From the IMG/VR virus record IMGVR_UViG_3300042914_002215: DNA of 64,000 bases. One strand, written 5' to 3'. Positions 1-7,381 of this stretch are shown here, in pieces (within the stretch, counting starts at the first letter, position 1; every line of letters begins with the position of its first letter). Below the pieces are notes generated by a model. The model was given only the letters and a program-made list of their open reading frames with translations. It was not told the origin of the DNA and ran no database searches. The DNA is from a virus. A program made the translations under genes and the position numbers.

Positions 1-33
1 ATATTATGTCTAAATTAACACCCGAGGACAAAG

Positions 34-300
34 ATGAAAACTAAGTTTCTTATTCTTGTGCCGTTGCTTGCGTTGACTGCTTGCGTATCTACCACACGTG
101 ATCCTGTGCACAATCCACAAAGTTTGAACAACGAAGATTTGATTAAGATTCAAATCGCAAAGATGGAAGCCATGCAGCGTGACATGGAACGTCGTGAGCA
201 AGAACTGAAAATGCAGCATCTCAAAGAACTGCATTCAATGCAAATGCAACAAAAAGCACCACACACAGTAAATACTAACTGCAAGTTTTTCTGTTTCTAA
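34..300 (+). CDS. putative lipoprotein
   Basis: MKTK, hydrophobic stretch, lipobox LTAC; GAGG RBS; Q/E/M-rich helical body. Confidence 0.6.
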   Translation: MKTKFLILVPLLALTACVSTTRDPVHNPQSLNNEDLIKIQIAKMEAMQRDMERREQELKMQHLKELHSMQMQQKAPHTVNTNCKFFCF

Positions 301-887
301 TGAATATCTTTTACCTAGACCACGATGTTACGAAATGTGCAGAGATGCACAACGATAAACACGTGGTCAAAATGATTCTTGAGTATGCACAACTATTATC
401 TACCGCTCACCGTATTCTTGATGGTATTGTCGAGCCTGGTTTATCTAAGACTGGACGAAAGAAAACAGTTTATCGTTTGCCTGACGGCCGTGATAGTGTA
501 TTGTATGGTGCTACTCACGTACATCATCCATCTGCTGTTTGGGTAAGACAATCTCAACACAACTACATTTGGTTGGCAAATCTTTTGATTGCTTTGTGTG
601 AAGAGTATACACACCGTTATGGTAAGACACATAAAGTTGAACGTGATGGGTTGTGTTTTGTGTTGCTGAAAAATGTTCCGAATAATATTTCAGATAAACC
701 ATTCACTGAACCGACGCCAGCGATGCCTGATGATGTCAAGATACTGAAAGAAATTCATACTGATCGATACACGCTTGATTCGTTGGCTTCATATCGTAAT
801 TACTATATAAAGAATAAGACACACTTGGCTAATTGGAAAAATCGTCCAGTGCCAAGTTGGTACCTTGAGAATATAAGACCTACTTGA
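300..887 (+). CDS. pyrimidine-dimer DNA glycosylase (DenV-like) family protein
   Basis: MNIFYLD...DKHVVKMILEYAQLLSTAH, THxHHPSAVW, EYTHRYGKTH, PAMPD, YRNYY motifs. Confidence 0.7.
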   Translation: MNIFYLDHDVTKCAEMHNDKHVVKMILEYAQLLSTAHRILDGIVEPGLSKTGRKKTVYRLPDGRDSVLYGATHVHHPSAVWVRQSQHNYIWLANLLIALCEEYTHRYGKTHKVERDGLCFVLLKNVPNNISDKPFTEPTPAMPDDVKILKEIHTDRYTLDSLASYRNYYIKNKTHLANWKNRPVPSWYLENIRPT

Positions 888-1192
888 TGCCCACATACGA
901 TTTTATAAACACTGAAACTGGTGAAACATTTGAGAAACTTATAAGCCTCTCTGGCAAAGATGAGTATCTCAAAGAAAATCCACACATCCAACAAATTCAT
1001 TTAGGCGCCATGTCAATCGTCAGTGGCGTATCAATCACTGGTAAAGTACCAGACGGTTTCAAAGAAGTTCTATCAAAAGTCTCAGAAAGTCACAAACAAT
1101 CTTCCGTTGCAAACAAACACGGCAAAAAGGGTATCAAAGAATCACAAACACAAAGAATTGTTGATAAACATTTAGGAAAGTTTGGGCAGTAA
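887..1192 (+). CDS. FmdB-like small protein of T4-like phages
   Basis: MPTYDF..TGETFE N-terminus; PDGFKEVLSKV motif; ATG overlaps upstream TGA. Confidence 0.55.
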   Translation: MPTYDFINTETGETFEKLISLSGKDEYLKENPHIQQIHLGAMSIVSGVSITGKVPDGFKEVLSKVSESHKQSSVANKHGKKGIKESQTQRIVDKHLGKFGQ

Positions 1193-1225
1193 CTACATTA
1201 TGCTAATCTTCAAACAGGAGCATAT

Positions 1226-1405
1226 ATGGCTAAAAAATCTTTGCAGAAAAAAGTAGCACTACTGAATGAATATATCACAAGAGAAATAGAAAAAGAAATG
1301 TCAAATGAAATCACACAGATGGAAAGAGACAACACTGCAAAGATAGAAAAGAAGTATCCAAGACAGAATTACCCATACCATAGTCGAAGTCATTATATTA
1401 CATAA
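1226..1405 (+). CDS. hypothetical protein, 59 aa (not in ORF track)
   Basis: CAGGAG RBS then ATG at 1226; MAKKSLQKKVALLNEY...HYIT*; fills the intergenic gap. Confidence 0.7.
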   Translation: MAKKSLQKKVALLNEYITREIEKEMSNEITQMERDNTAKIEKKYPRQNYPYHSRSHYIT

Positions 1406-1419
1406 AAGGAGTTTTTGTT

Positions 1420-1923
1420 ATGAGTTTGGTTGAATATGCAGAAAGTGAATTAGACCGCATTGGTATGACCGATGATGATGACATGAATGGCACGATGCGT
1501 AAACATCTGCTACACATGGTAAAAGAATTTGCCGATGAAGGTCATTCTGGTTTCTCAGCCAATTATGCTTTACAATGCTTACATAAACTACTGAAATTCA
1601 AACCACTATCACCGTTGACGGGTGAAGATGATGAATGGACTGAAGTTTCTCAAAGAAGTGGTTATCCACATTTTCAAAACAAACGATGTAGTTCTGTATT
1701 CAAAGATGGTAAGAATGGTGAAGCATATGATATTGATGGTAAAGTATTTTGGGAATGGTGTAAAGATGAAGATGGAAATCCATACAAGTCATATTACACC
1801 AACCGTGAAAGTCGTGTATCCGTAACATTCCCATACACTGTACCCGATGAGCCAATCTATGAATGGCGTTATTCTGATGCTGATCCACAACAACCGGCAC
1901 AGACTGAAGAAGGCTTTGTTTGA
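1420..1923 (+). CDS. conserved phage hypothetical protein
   Basis: AAGGAG RBS; GHSGFSA, PLSPLTGEDDEW, QNKRCSSVFK motifs. Confidence 0.75.
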   Translation: MSLVEYAESELDRIGMTDDDDMNGTMRKHLLHMVKEFADEGHSGFSANYALQCLHKLLKFKPLSPLTGEDDEWTEVSQRSGYPHFQNKRCSSVFKDGKNGEAYDIDGKVFWEWCKDEDGNPYKSYYTNRESRVSVTFPYTVPDEPIYEWRYSDADPQQPAQTEEGFV

Positions 1924-2588
1924 TGCGAATTTTTGAACACGTAAAATTACCACAACTACAATTTGATCTAAATGCAGAAACTACCGATAGTGGTAGACTT
2001 TATACTACGCCAGAAGGTAACAAGTATAAGTCTATCACTACGGTGCTTTCTAATTACAACAAGCAATACATTATGGAGTGGCGCAAGGCTGTTGGTGAAG
2101 AACGAGCAAATGAAGTGTCACGCAAGGCAGCAAATCGTGGTACAAAGGTGCATAAGATTTGTGAAGATTATCTGAACAACGAAATACCAGAACTGAAGAT
2201 GCAGATGATGATGCCTGATTTGAAAGAACTATTCTTCAAAATCAAGCCACACATTGATGAGAACGTTGGTAACATTTACTCACAAGAACAAGCACTTTAT
2301 TCTGACAAACTCAGAATTGCTGGTCGTGTAGATTTGATTGCGGAGTGGAATGGTAAGTTGTCGGTCATTGACTTCAAAACATCCACTAAGCAAAAAGATG
2401 AAGAGGGTATACAGAATTACTTTATGCAGTGTACAGCATATGCACTGATGTTTGCTGAACGAACTGGTATGTGGATTGATGATATCGTGGTGCTGATTGC
2501 AACTGAAGAGGGTCCTGCTCAGATTTTTGAGCGTCAGATTCATGATTATCGGCAATCTCTGATGGAGTATATTGATAAATATGCTTGA
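1923..2588 (+). CDS. PD-(D/E)XK exonuclease (Cas4-like fold, T4-like phage type)
   Basis: SITTVL, RGTKVH, AGRVDLI, IDFKTS, YFMQCTAYA motifs. Confidence 0.85.
   Translation: MRIFEHVKLPQLQFDLNAETTDSGRLYTTPEGNKYKSITTVLSNYNKQYIMEWRKAVGEERANEVSRKAANRGTKVHKICEDYLNNEIPELKMQMMMPDLKELFFKIKPHIDENVGNIYSQEQALYSDKLRIAGRVDLIAEWNGKLSVIDFKTSTKQKDEEGIQNYFMQCTAYALMFAERTGMWIDDIVVLIATEEGPAQIFERQIHDYRQSLMEYIDKYA
2574..2581 (+). promoter_or_regulatory. T4-type late promoter-like (GATAAATA)
   Basis: xxTAAATA element 23 nt upstream of ATG 2604. Confidence 0.45.
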
Positions 2589-2603
2589 CATATTGGAGGC
2601 ATC

Positions 2604-3134
2604 ATGCTATCATTAAAACAATACTTACAATTAGATGAAGGCAATCCACTTGCTAGACTGGCTAAACATGCTGAAGAGGGTAGGCATTATGCTGTTATTT
2701 CCTCACAACGACCACATGATGAAGTATCGCCAGAACAAAATAAAAAGAATCATGAAGAACTGAAGAAGAAACTGACAGCGCAAGGCTATTCACATAAGGA
2801 AGTAGAAGGACATTGGGAAGGTGGAAAAGAAAAATCAATACTCGTACATGCAAAAGGCAAAGGTGAAGAGCACGGCAAACAGTTGCTCCATGATATCAAG
2901 AAACATGGAGAACATTATAATCAAGACTCAATCTTACATCATGATGGAAAAACAGCAACCTTACATGGAACAAACAAAACTGGATTCCCAGGACACGGCA
3001 AGACTGAAAACGTAGGTAAGATGGCTTATAACAAAGCACATGCACCATTTCAAACAGAAATGAAACCAAAGTCAGACAAGCCGTTGAAGCCTGGAAGAAC
3101 AAGCAAAGGTTCTGCTAGATTCACAACGGAGTAA
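2604..3134 (+). CDS. probable capsid-internal protein (DUF3293-like core)
   Basis: GGAGG RBS; N-terminal MLSLKQYLQLDE resembles the T4 internal-protein capsid-targeting peptide; His/Lys-rich. Confidence 0.5.
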   Translation: MLSLKQYLQLDEGNPLARLAKHAEEGRHYAVISSQRPHDEVSPEQNKKNHEELKKKLTAQGYSHKEVEGHWEGGKEKSILVHAKGKGEEHGKQLLHDIKKHGEHYNQDSILHHDGKTATLHGTNKTGFPGHGKTENVGKMAYNKAHAPFQTEMKPKSDKPLKPGRTSKGSARFTTE

Positions 3135-3136
3135 TA

Positions 3137-3307
3137 ATGAAACTTAGTGAAAAAGAATATAATGAAAAACTTGATCAGTATTTGAGAGAACAAGGACCGA
3201 ATCCAGGCACTACATTCTTTGGTGCATGGGGTTGGTATGCAGCAAAGAAGAATCAGTTTGAGAAACAAATGCAGCAGGAAGGAATTGTTGTAATCCCTTC
3301 AAAGTGA
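3137..3307 (+). CDS. hypothetical protein, 56 aa (not in ORF track)
   Basis: GGAG RBS; MKLSEKEYNEKLDQYLREQGPNPGTTFFGAWGWY...IPSK*. Confidence 0.65.
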   Translation: MKLSEKEYNEKLDQYLREQGPNPGTTFFGAWGWYAAKKNQFEKQMQQEGIVVIPSK

Positions 3308-3595
3308 AGGCATTCTGGACGGCGGTTCGATTCCGCCCAGCTCCACCATAAGCACATAGTTGTCCTAGATGAAAGAAACCTCTGAGGGCTCTAGTGGGGA
3401 TTGTGTGCTTTTGATGGGGCTGACCTGGTTTCGACAGGGTGAGATAGTGGAGAAGGCAACACGAAAGGCGACGGACGTAATCCGAGCAAAATAAGTAATC
3501 GCAAATGACGACTACTACGCTCTAGCAGCCTAAATTGCTAGATGGGGTTTGAGAGGGTGTACCTTATTAACCAAACACTCTCACCAAATTTTTAT
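3285..3595 (+). ncRNA. ssrA: circularly permuted (two-piece) tmRNA gene
   Basis: T-arm GGCGG-TTCGATT-CCGCC plus CAGCTCC-A-CCA (3321-3348) lies upstream of the 5' end GGGGCTG (3416); G3:U70 pair; tag GCA AAT GAC GAC TAC TAC GCT CTA GCA GCC TAA (3501-3533) = ANDDYYALAA; outer boundaries approximate. Confidence 0.93.
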
Positions 3596-3598
3596 ATT

Positions 3599-4261
3599 AT
3601 GAAAGTATACATTTCTAATTATCGTGATCATTGGATTTCTCCATACACAATACTGGAGAAAATTTTCTTCTGGCGTGAGATTGACTATGATGAGCCTATC
3701 ATTGATAAATGGTCAAATCGTCTTGAGCCTATCAGCAAAGCAATTAAAAAAATTCTTGATACCGTTCGTCCACGTGTAGTTGATGTAAAGATTGATTACT
3801 GGGATACATGGTCAATGGATTCTACATTGGCACCTATCATTCTTCCGATGCTAAAACAATTGCGTGATACCAAACACGGTTCACCTATGGTTGACATGGA
3901 AGATGTACCTGAATACATGCGAACAACTACAACTGAAGATTGGGATTCACAACGAGTATTTGACTTCTACAATGAAAATGAACCCGAAGGATATGATGTC
4001 CATAAACGATGGGATTGGGTGTTGAACGAAATGATTTTTGCCTTTGAACATCTTGTTGATGATAATTGGGAATCAGCATTTAGTTCGGGTGAAATTGATA
4101 CGGTGTTTGTTCCGTGTCCTGACAACCCTGAATTATCAACGATGGAATATGGACCCAATCACACATATCATTGCGATTATGCCGGTATAAACAAAGTTTA
4201 TGAACGTATAGACAATGGATTGCGTTTGTTTGGTAAGTATTTTCGTCATCTCTGGGATTAA
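3599..4261 (+). CDS. conserved phage hypothetical protein
   Basis: IDYWDTWSMDSTLAPIILPMLKQL...HGSP...RWDWVLNEMIFAF...GLRLFGKYFRHLWD; start moved to ATG 3599 because the longer ORF overlaps the tmRNA. Confidence 0.8.
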   Translation: MKVYISNYRDHWISPYTILEKIFFWREIDYDEPIIDKWSNRLEPISKAIKKILDTVRPRVVDVKIDYWDTWSMDSTLAPIILPMLKQLRDTKHGSPMVDMEDVPEYMRTTTTEDWDSQRVFDFYNENEPEGYDVHKRWDWVLNEMIFAFEHLVDDNWESAFSSGEIDTVFVPCPDNPELSTMEYGPNHTYHCDYAGINKVYERIDNGLRLFGKYFRHLWD

Positions 4262-4266
4262 AAGAT

Positions 4267-4327
4267 ACTAAATAAAAGACTGGCACCACACACACAATCG
4301 CCAGTAAACACACACAGGAGTACACAC
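4267..4327 (+). promoter_or_regulatory. late promoter-like ACTAAATA plus CA-repeat leader
   Basis: ACTAAATA 4267-4274; stem ACTGGC/GCCAGT with CA-repeat loop; two more ACACAC tracts flank the AGGAG RBS. Confidence 0.5.
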
Positions 4328-4600
4328 ATGAGTAATCTGACACCGTTCGAGATTCGTCTTGAACTTCTTAAAATGGCCAAAGAACTTCTATTGGAAGATT
4401 ATAATTCCAGTAAAGAACGGCTAATCAATGAATGGCAAGTGAAGGTAGAGTCCGCTAAACTAAACGGACAAGCAATACCGGATCACCCAGCCTTTCCAAC
4501 TTATCCCTCAGAAGCAGATATCATCGCCAAGGCACAAGCCTTGAATGGTTTCGTTTCTAACATTACTTCAGAAAAGACACAGAGCAAAAAGTCTACCTGA
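4328..4600 (+). CDS. conserved T4-like phage hypothetical protein
   Basis: TPFEIRLELLKMAKE...YPSEADIIAKAQALNGFVS; AGGAG RBS. Confidence 0.85.
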   Translation: MSNLTPFEIRLELLKMAKELLLEDYNSSKERLINEWQVKVESAKLNGQAIPDHPAFPTYPSEADIIAKAQALNGFVSNITSEKTQSKKST

Positions 4601-4608
4601 TTGGGACC

Positions 4609-4628
4609 AGAGATGCTTTGGCATCTCT
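4609..4628 (+). other. intergenic hairpin
   Basis: AGAGATGC-TTTG-GCATCTCT perfect 8-bp stem; no clear U-tract. Confidence 0.5.
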
Positions 4629-4647
4629 CTAACTTATAGGAGAAAAT

Positions 4648-5199
4648 ATGCGTTACTTGACACTATTAATTTGTAGTATCTTTGCAGCATTTGTTTTATA
4701 CGTAGGACATGCAGCAGCCAATATTCGTATTCCAGTTACACCAAATGTGCAACTGGAAGATTTGACACCACACGCACGTTCAGAGGTAGAGTGTATTGCA
4801 CAGAACATGTATTTTGAAGCCGGCAGAGAACCAAAACTTGGTCAACTAGCCGTAGCATTCGTCACACATAATAGAGTTCAGTCGGGTATGTTTCCTGACA
4901 CATACTGCGGTGTCGTAAAACAAAAAGCAGAAGGTGTTTGCCAATTCTCATGGTACTGCGACAAGAGAGCAAAAGCCATGATCGACAAAAACATCTTGAC
5001 AATTGAAAGCAATTCAGTGTATAATAATCTTACTGATCTAGCATTACGCTTTTACCTATACACTGAAACATTCAAAGACCCAACAAAGGGTGCATTGTTC
5101 TTTCATGCTGATTATGTGAAACCAACTTGGAGTAACATAAAACACACAGTGCAAATAGGTAGACATATTTTTTATAACAAGGTAAAACGTAACACATGA
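4648..5199 (+). CDS. SleB/CwlJ-type cell wall hydrolase (Hydrolase_2) with N-terminal signal/TM segment
   Basis: NMYFEAGREP, AVAFVTHNRV, CQFSW, DPTKGALFFHA, IGRHIFY. Confidence 0.9.
   Translation: MRYLTLLICSIFAAFVLYVGHAAANIRIPVTPNVQLEDLTPHARSEVECIAQNMYFEAGREPKLGQLAVAFVTHNRVQSGMFPDTYCGVVKQKAEGVCQFSWYCDKRAKAMIDKNILTIESNSVYNNLTDLALRFYLYTETFKDPTKGALFFHADYVKPTWSNIKHTVQIGRHIFYNKVKRNT
4996..5025 (+). promoter_or_regulatory. sigma70-type promoter inside the hydrolase CDS
   Basis: TTGACA-N18-TATAAT. Confidence 0.6.
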
Positions 5200-5228
5200 G
5201 CATATTAAACAAAAAGGAGAAGGTGATT

Positions 5229-5447
5229 ATGGAAAAAGGATTGAGTAGTACGACCACAATATCAATTACTGTGGTTCTACTTTCAATCGTTGCTGCGATA
5301 TGTTGGTATGGTTTGAATGACAGAAAACTTATGGCAGCAAATATTGAAAACGCTATCGCAAAGGGCATTGATCCATTGACAGTCAGATGTTCATATGCCA
5401 AGAGTGATGATATTGTTTGTATAGCACACGCAGCAAATCGTAAATAA
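5229..5447 (+). CDS. small membrane protein
   Basis: one TM helix; AGGAG/AAGGTG RBS favours ATG 5229 over 5196. Confidence 0.65.
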   Translation: MEKGLSSTTTISITVVLLSIVAAICWYGLNDRKLMAANIENAIAKGIDPLTVRCSYAKSDDIVCIAHAANRK

Positions 5448-5461
5448 TAGGAGATTACATT

Positions 5462-6001
5462 ATGAGTTATGATGATTACAATGACAAGCACAACTTTACA
5501 TTTCGATTTGATTCAAATGATGGTGAACGCCATCTAGAAATGAACGTCAATGAATTGTATCTTTATGATATCTTTGCACGATTCAAAGAGTTTCTACAAG
5601 GATGCGGTTATGAAATTAATGGTGAAATTGAAGTCGTTGAATATAATTCTGAACGAGACTATGATAGCGGTTATACTTTGACAGAGCCTCCTAAACATGA
5701 GCCGAAGTTTGACTTCAGTAATATACCAAACAATAACTGGCCATTTGGTTCGTTGAAAACTGAATCTATTCCTGCATTGACTACTGCTGATTTGGCACAA
5801 ATCCAGCCAATTGATTTGTCATCTTTGAAAGTAACTAATTTGGAAACAGGTGAGGTAAAATCTCACTTTGACTGGTCAAGCATCAATAAGTATCCGACGA
5901 TGGCACCTCTGACTTCTGAACAGGTGAAATCATGGACAACTGAAATGCCTGGTACACTTGGTAGTGCAAAATATAATTGGTCGCAGTACGAAGGGCGATA
6001 A
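5462..6001 (+). CDS. hypothetical protein
   Basis: AGGAG RBS; FKEFLQGCGY motif in the N-terminal domain. Confidence 0.75.
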   Translation: MSYDDYNDKHNFTFRFDSNDGERHLEMNVNELYLYDIFARFKEFLQGCGYEINGEIEVVEYNSERDYDSGYTLTEPPKHEPKFDFSNIPNNNWPFGSLKTESIPALTTADLAQIQPIDLSSLKVTNLETGEVKSHFDWSSINKYPTMAPLTSEQVKSWTTEMPGTLGSAKYNWSQYEGR

Positions 6002-6008
6002 AATTCTG

Positions 6009-6233
6009 ATGCCTACCAAAGATGAAATGATGAAGTTCTCTTTGCAGATTGAACGGCTAGTGGCTAATACAGATTACACATATCTTGAGGCTATTGCTGA
6101 ACACTGCAAAGAGACTGGTTTGGAAATTGAGGTTGCTGCTACACTCATCACGCCAAATCTTAAATCAAAAATTCATGAGCAAGCAGAGCGTTTGAATATG
6201 TTGAAAGTGAAAGGTAATCGTTTACCGATATGA
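6009..6233 (+). CDS. gp33: late transcription co-activator
   Basis: FSLQIE..V....YLEAI..HC...LEIE....LI...LK.KI..QA..LN.L..K...LPI; directly before gp59. Confidence 0.85.
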   Translation: MPTKDEMMKFSLQIERLVANTDYTYLEAIAEHCKETGLEIEVAATLITPNLKSKIHEQAERLNMLKVKGNRLPI

Positions 6234-6841
6234 CAGGTTATGAAGCATTCTGTTTATATACTTCTCTCAAACTTCATTTCAATTCCGATTCTTACGATTA
6301 CTTTAAGTATAATGGTAAAGTAAGTACGAGTATTGATGCGTTTGAGAATCGTAAAGACAAATATCATTTCTACAAACTGAGTCGTAGATTTGCCAATGCT
6401 GAACAGGGTCGTGATTTTATTGTTGCTAATTTGGTGCATGATTCTAATGTTTGGATTGGGCATCTATTGACCAATGAATCTGATGTTGAGTATCGCAAAC
6501 GTCAGAAAGTCATACAGTCTTTGACATATACATTCACCAACGAAATTGCATCATTGATGAGTCAAGGCAGTCCTAATGATTCATTGATGGTGCAAGGTGG
6601 TGATTATCCGAAGTTGCTGACAATGCTTCTGCACGATGAACTCTCATTGGAAACAGTTTGCATATTGAATCGCCTGATGAACTTTGTGCCTATGTGGGAC
6701 AGAAAGATTGCAGACACGATTCATTATCCAAACGTCAGTAGAAAGATAAAGAAATATACACCGTTCATACAATTTGAACCGACAAAATACAAAATCATAC
6801 TAAAGAAGGAATACGATGCGAATACAGAAAATATATCTTGA
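6230..6841 (+). CDS. gp59: helicase loader
   Basis: YTSLKLHFNSDSYDYFKYNGK, RKDKYHFYKLS, SLET motifs. Confidence 0.9.
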   Translation: MTGYEAFCLYTSLKLHFNSDSYDYFKYNGKVSTSIDAFENRKDKYHFYKLSRRFANAEQGRDFIVANLVHDSNVWIGHLLTNESDVEYRKRQKVIQSLTYTFTNEIASLMSQGSPNDSLMVQGGDYPKLLTMLLHDELSLETVCILNRLMNFVPMWDRKIADTIHYPNVSRKIKKYTPFIQFEPTKYKIILKKEYDANTENIS

Positions 6842-7358
6842 TATGGACGGAGTTCTATGTGACTTCTATAAAAGATACAAAGAAGTTTTTAATGTAGACT
6901 TACTATCAAAACGTCCACACGGTGAAAAGATTACACTTGAATGGAACAAGTTCGTTGAAGGTAATAACTTTGAAAACCTTGATTGGCATCCAGGCGGTCT
7001 TGAACTATTGAAGTATATCATTTCACTTGATATACCTGTAGAAATTCTTTCTTCTTCTGGCGGTCATAAACATCATGATGAAGTGAAGCGTCAGAAAAAG
7101 GTTTGGCTGAAAAGGCACCACATTGACTTTACAGCCAATATCGTACCTGGTCGTAAACTGAAGGCTACCTATGCAAAATCAGATATCATTCTTATTGATG
7201 ATACCGAAGATGTCATTGATGATTTCAATATGGCTGGTGGTATCGGCATACTTCACAAAGACACGGCTAAAACGATAAAAATCGTGCAGTCTATACTTGA
7301 CGACACATATATACAAGTATATAATGAATCATGTGGACAAGATGCACATACAATTTAA
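6816..7358 (+). CDS. HAD-superfamily 5'(3')-deoxyribonucleotidase-like phosphatase
   Basis: IYLDMDGVLCDF, ILSS, ILIDD, GGIGILH. Confidence 0.85.
   Translation: MRIQKIYLDMDGVLCDFYKRYKEVFNVDLLSKRPHGEKITLEWNKFVEGNNFENLDWHPGGLELLKYIISLDIPVEILSSSGGHKHHDEVKRQKKVWLKRHHIDFTANIVPGRKLKATYAKSDIILIDDTEDVIDDFNMAGGIGILHKDTAKTIKIVQSILDDTYIQVYNESCGQDAHTI
7297..7325 (+). promoter_or_regulatory. sigma70-type promoter for gp32
   Basis: TTGACG-N17-TATAAT, 56 nt upstream of the gp32 ATG. Confidence 0.7.
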
Positions 7359-7381
7359 TACTAACTTATACGAGGTAATAT

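Noticed and set aside
1923-2588. Cas4/CRISPR system
   Set aside because: No Fe-S cysteine set, no other cas genes and no repeat-spacer array; ordinary phage exonuclease
3316-3348. Stand-alone tRNA or attP-like tRNA 3' fragment
   Set aside because: No anticodon arm upstream; its pairing partner GGGGCTG lies downstream with a tag ORF, so it is a permuted tmRNA
3361-3398. Hammerhead-like GATGA...GAAA in the tmRNA spacer
   Set aside because: Lacks the CUGAnGA core and a stem II between the motifs
3542-3598. N-terminal extension of ORF 3542..4261
   Set aside because: Overlaps the structured 3' part of the tmRNA; ATG 3599 is more plausible
5958-6008. Upstream start for gp33 given in the ORF track
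   Set aside because: Overlaps the previous gene; family similarity begins near ATG 6009
7326-7381. T4 gene 32-type autoregulatory pseudoknot
   Set aside because: Leader is AT-rich with only a weak ATGTG/CACAT stem; I cannot support a second stem
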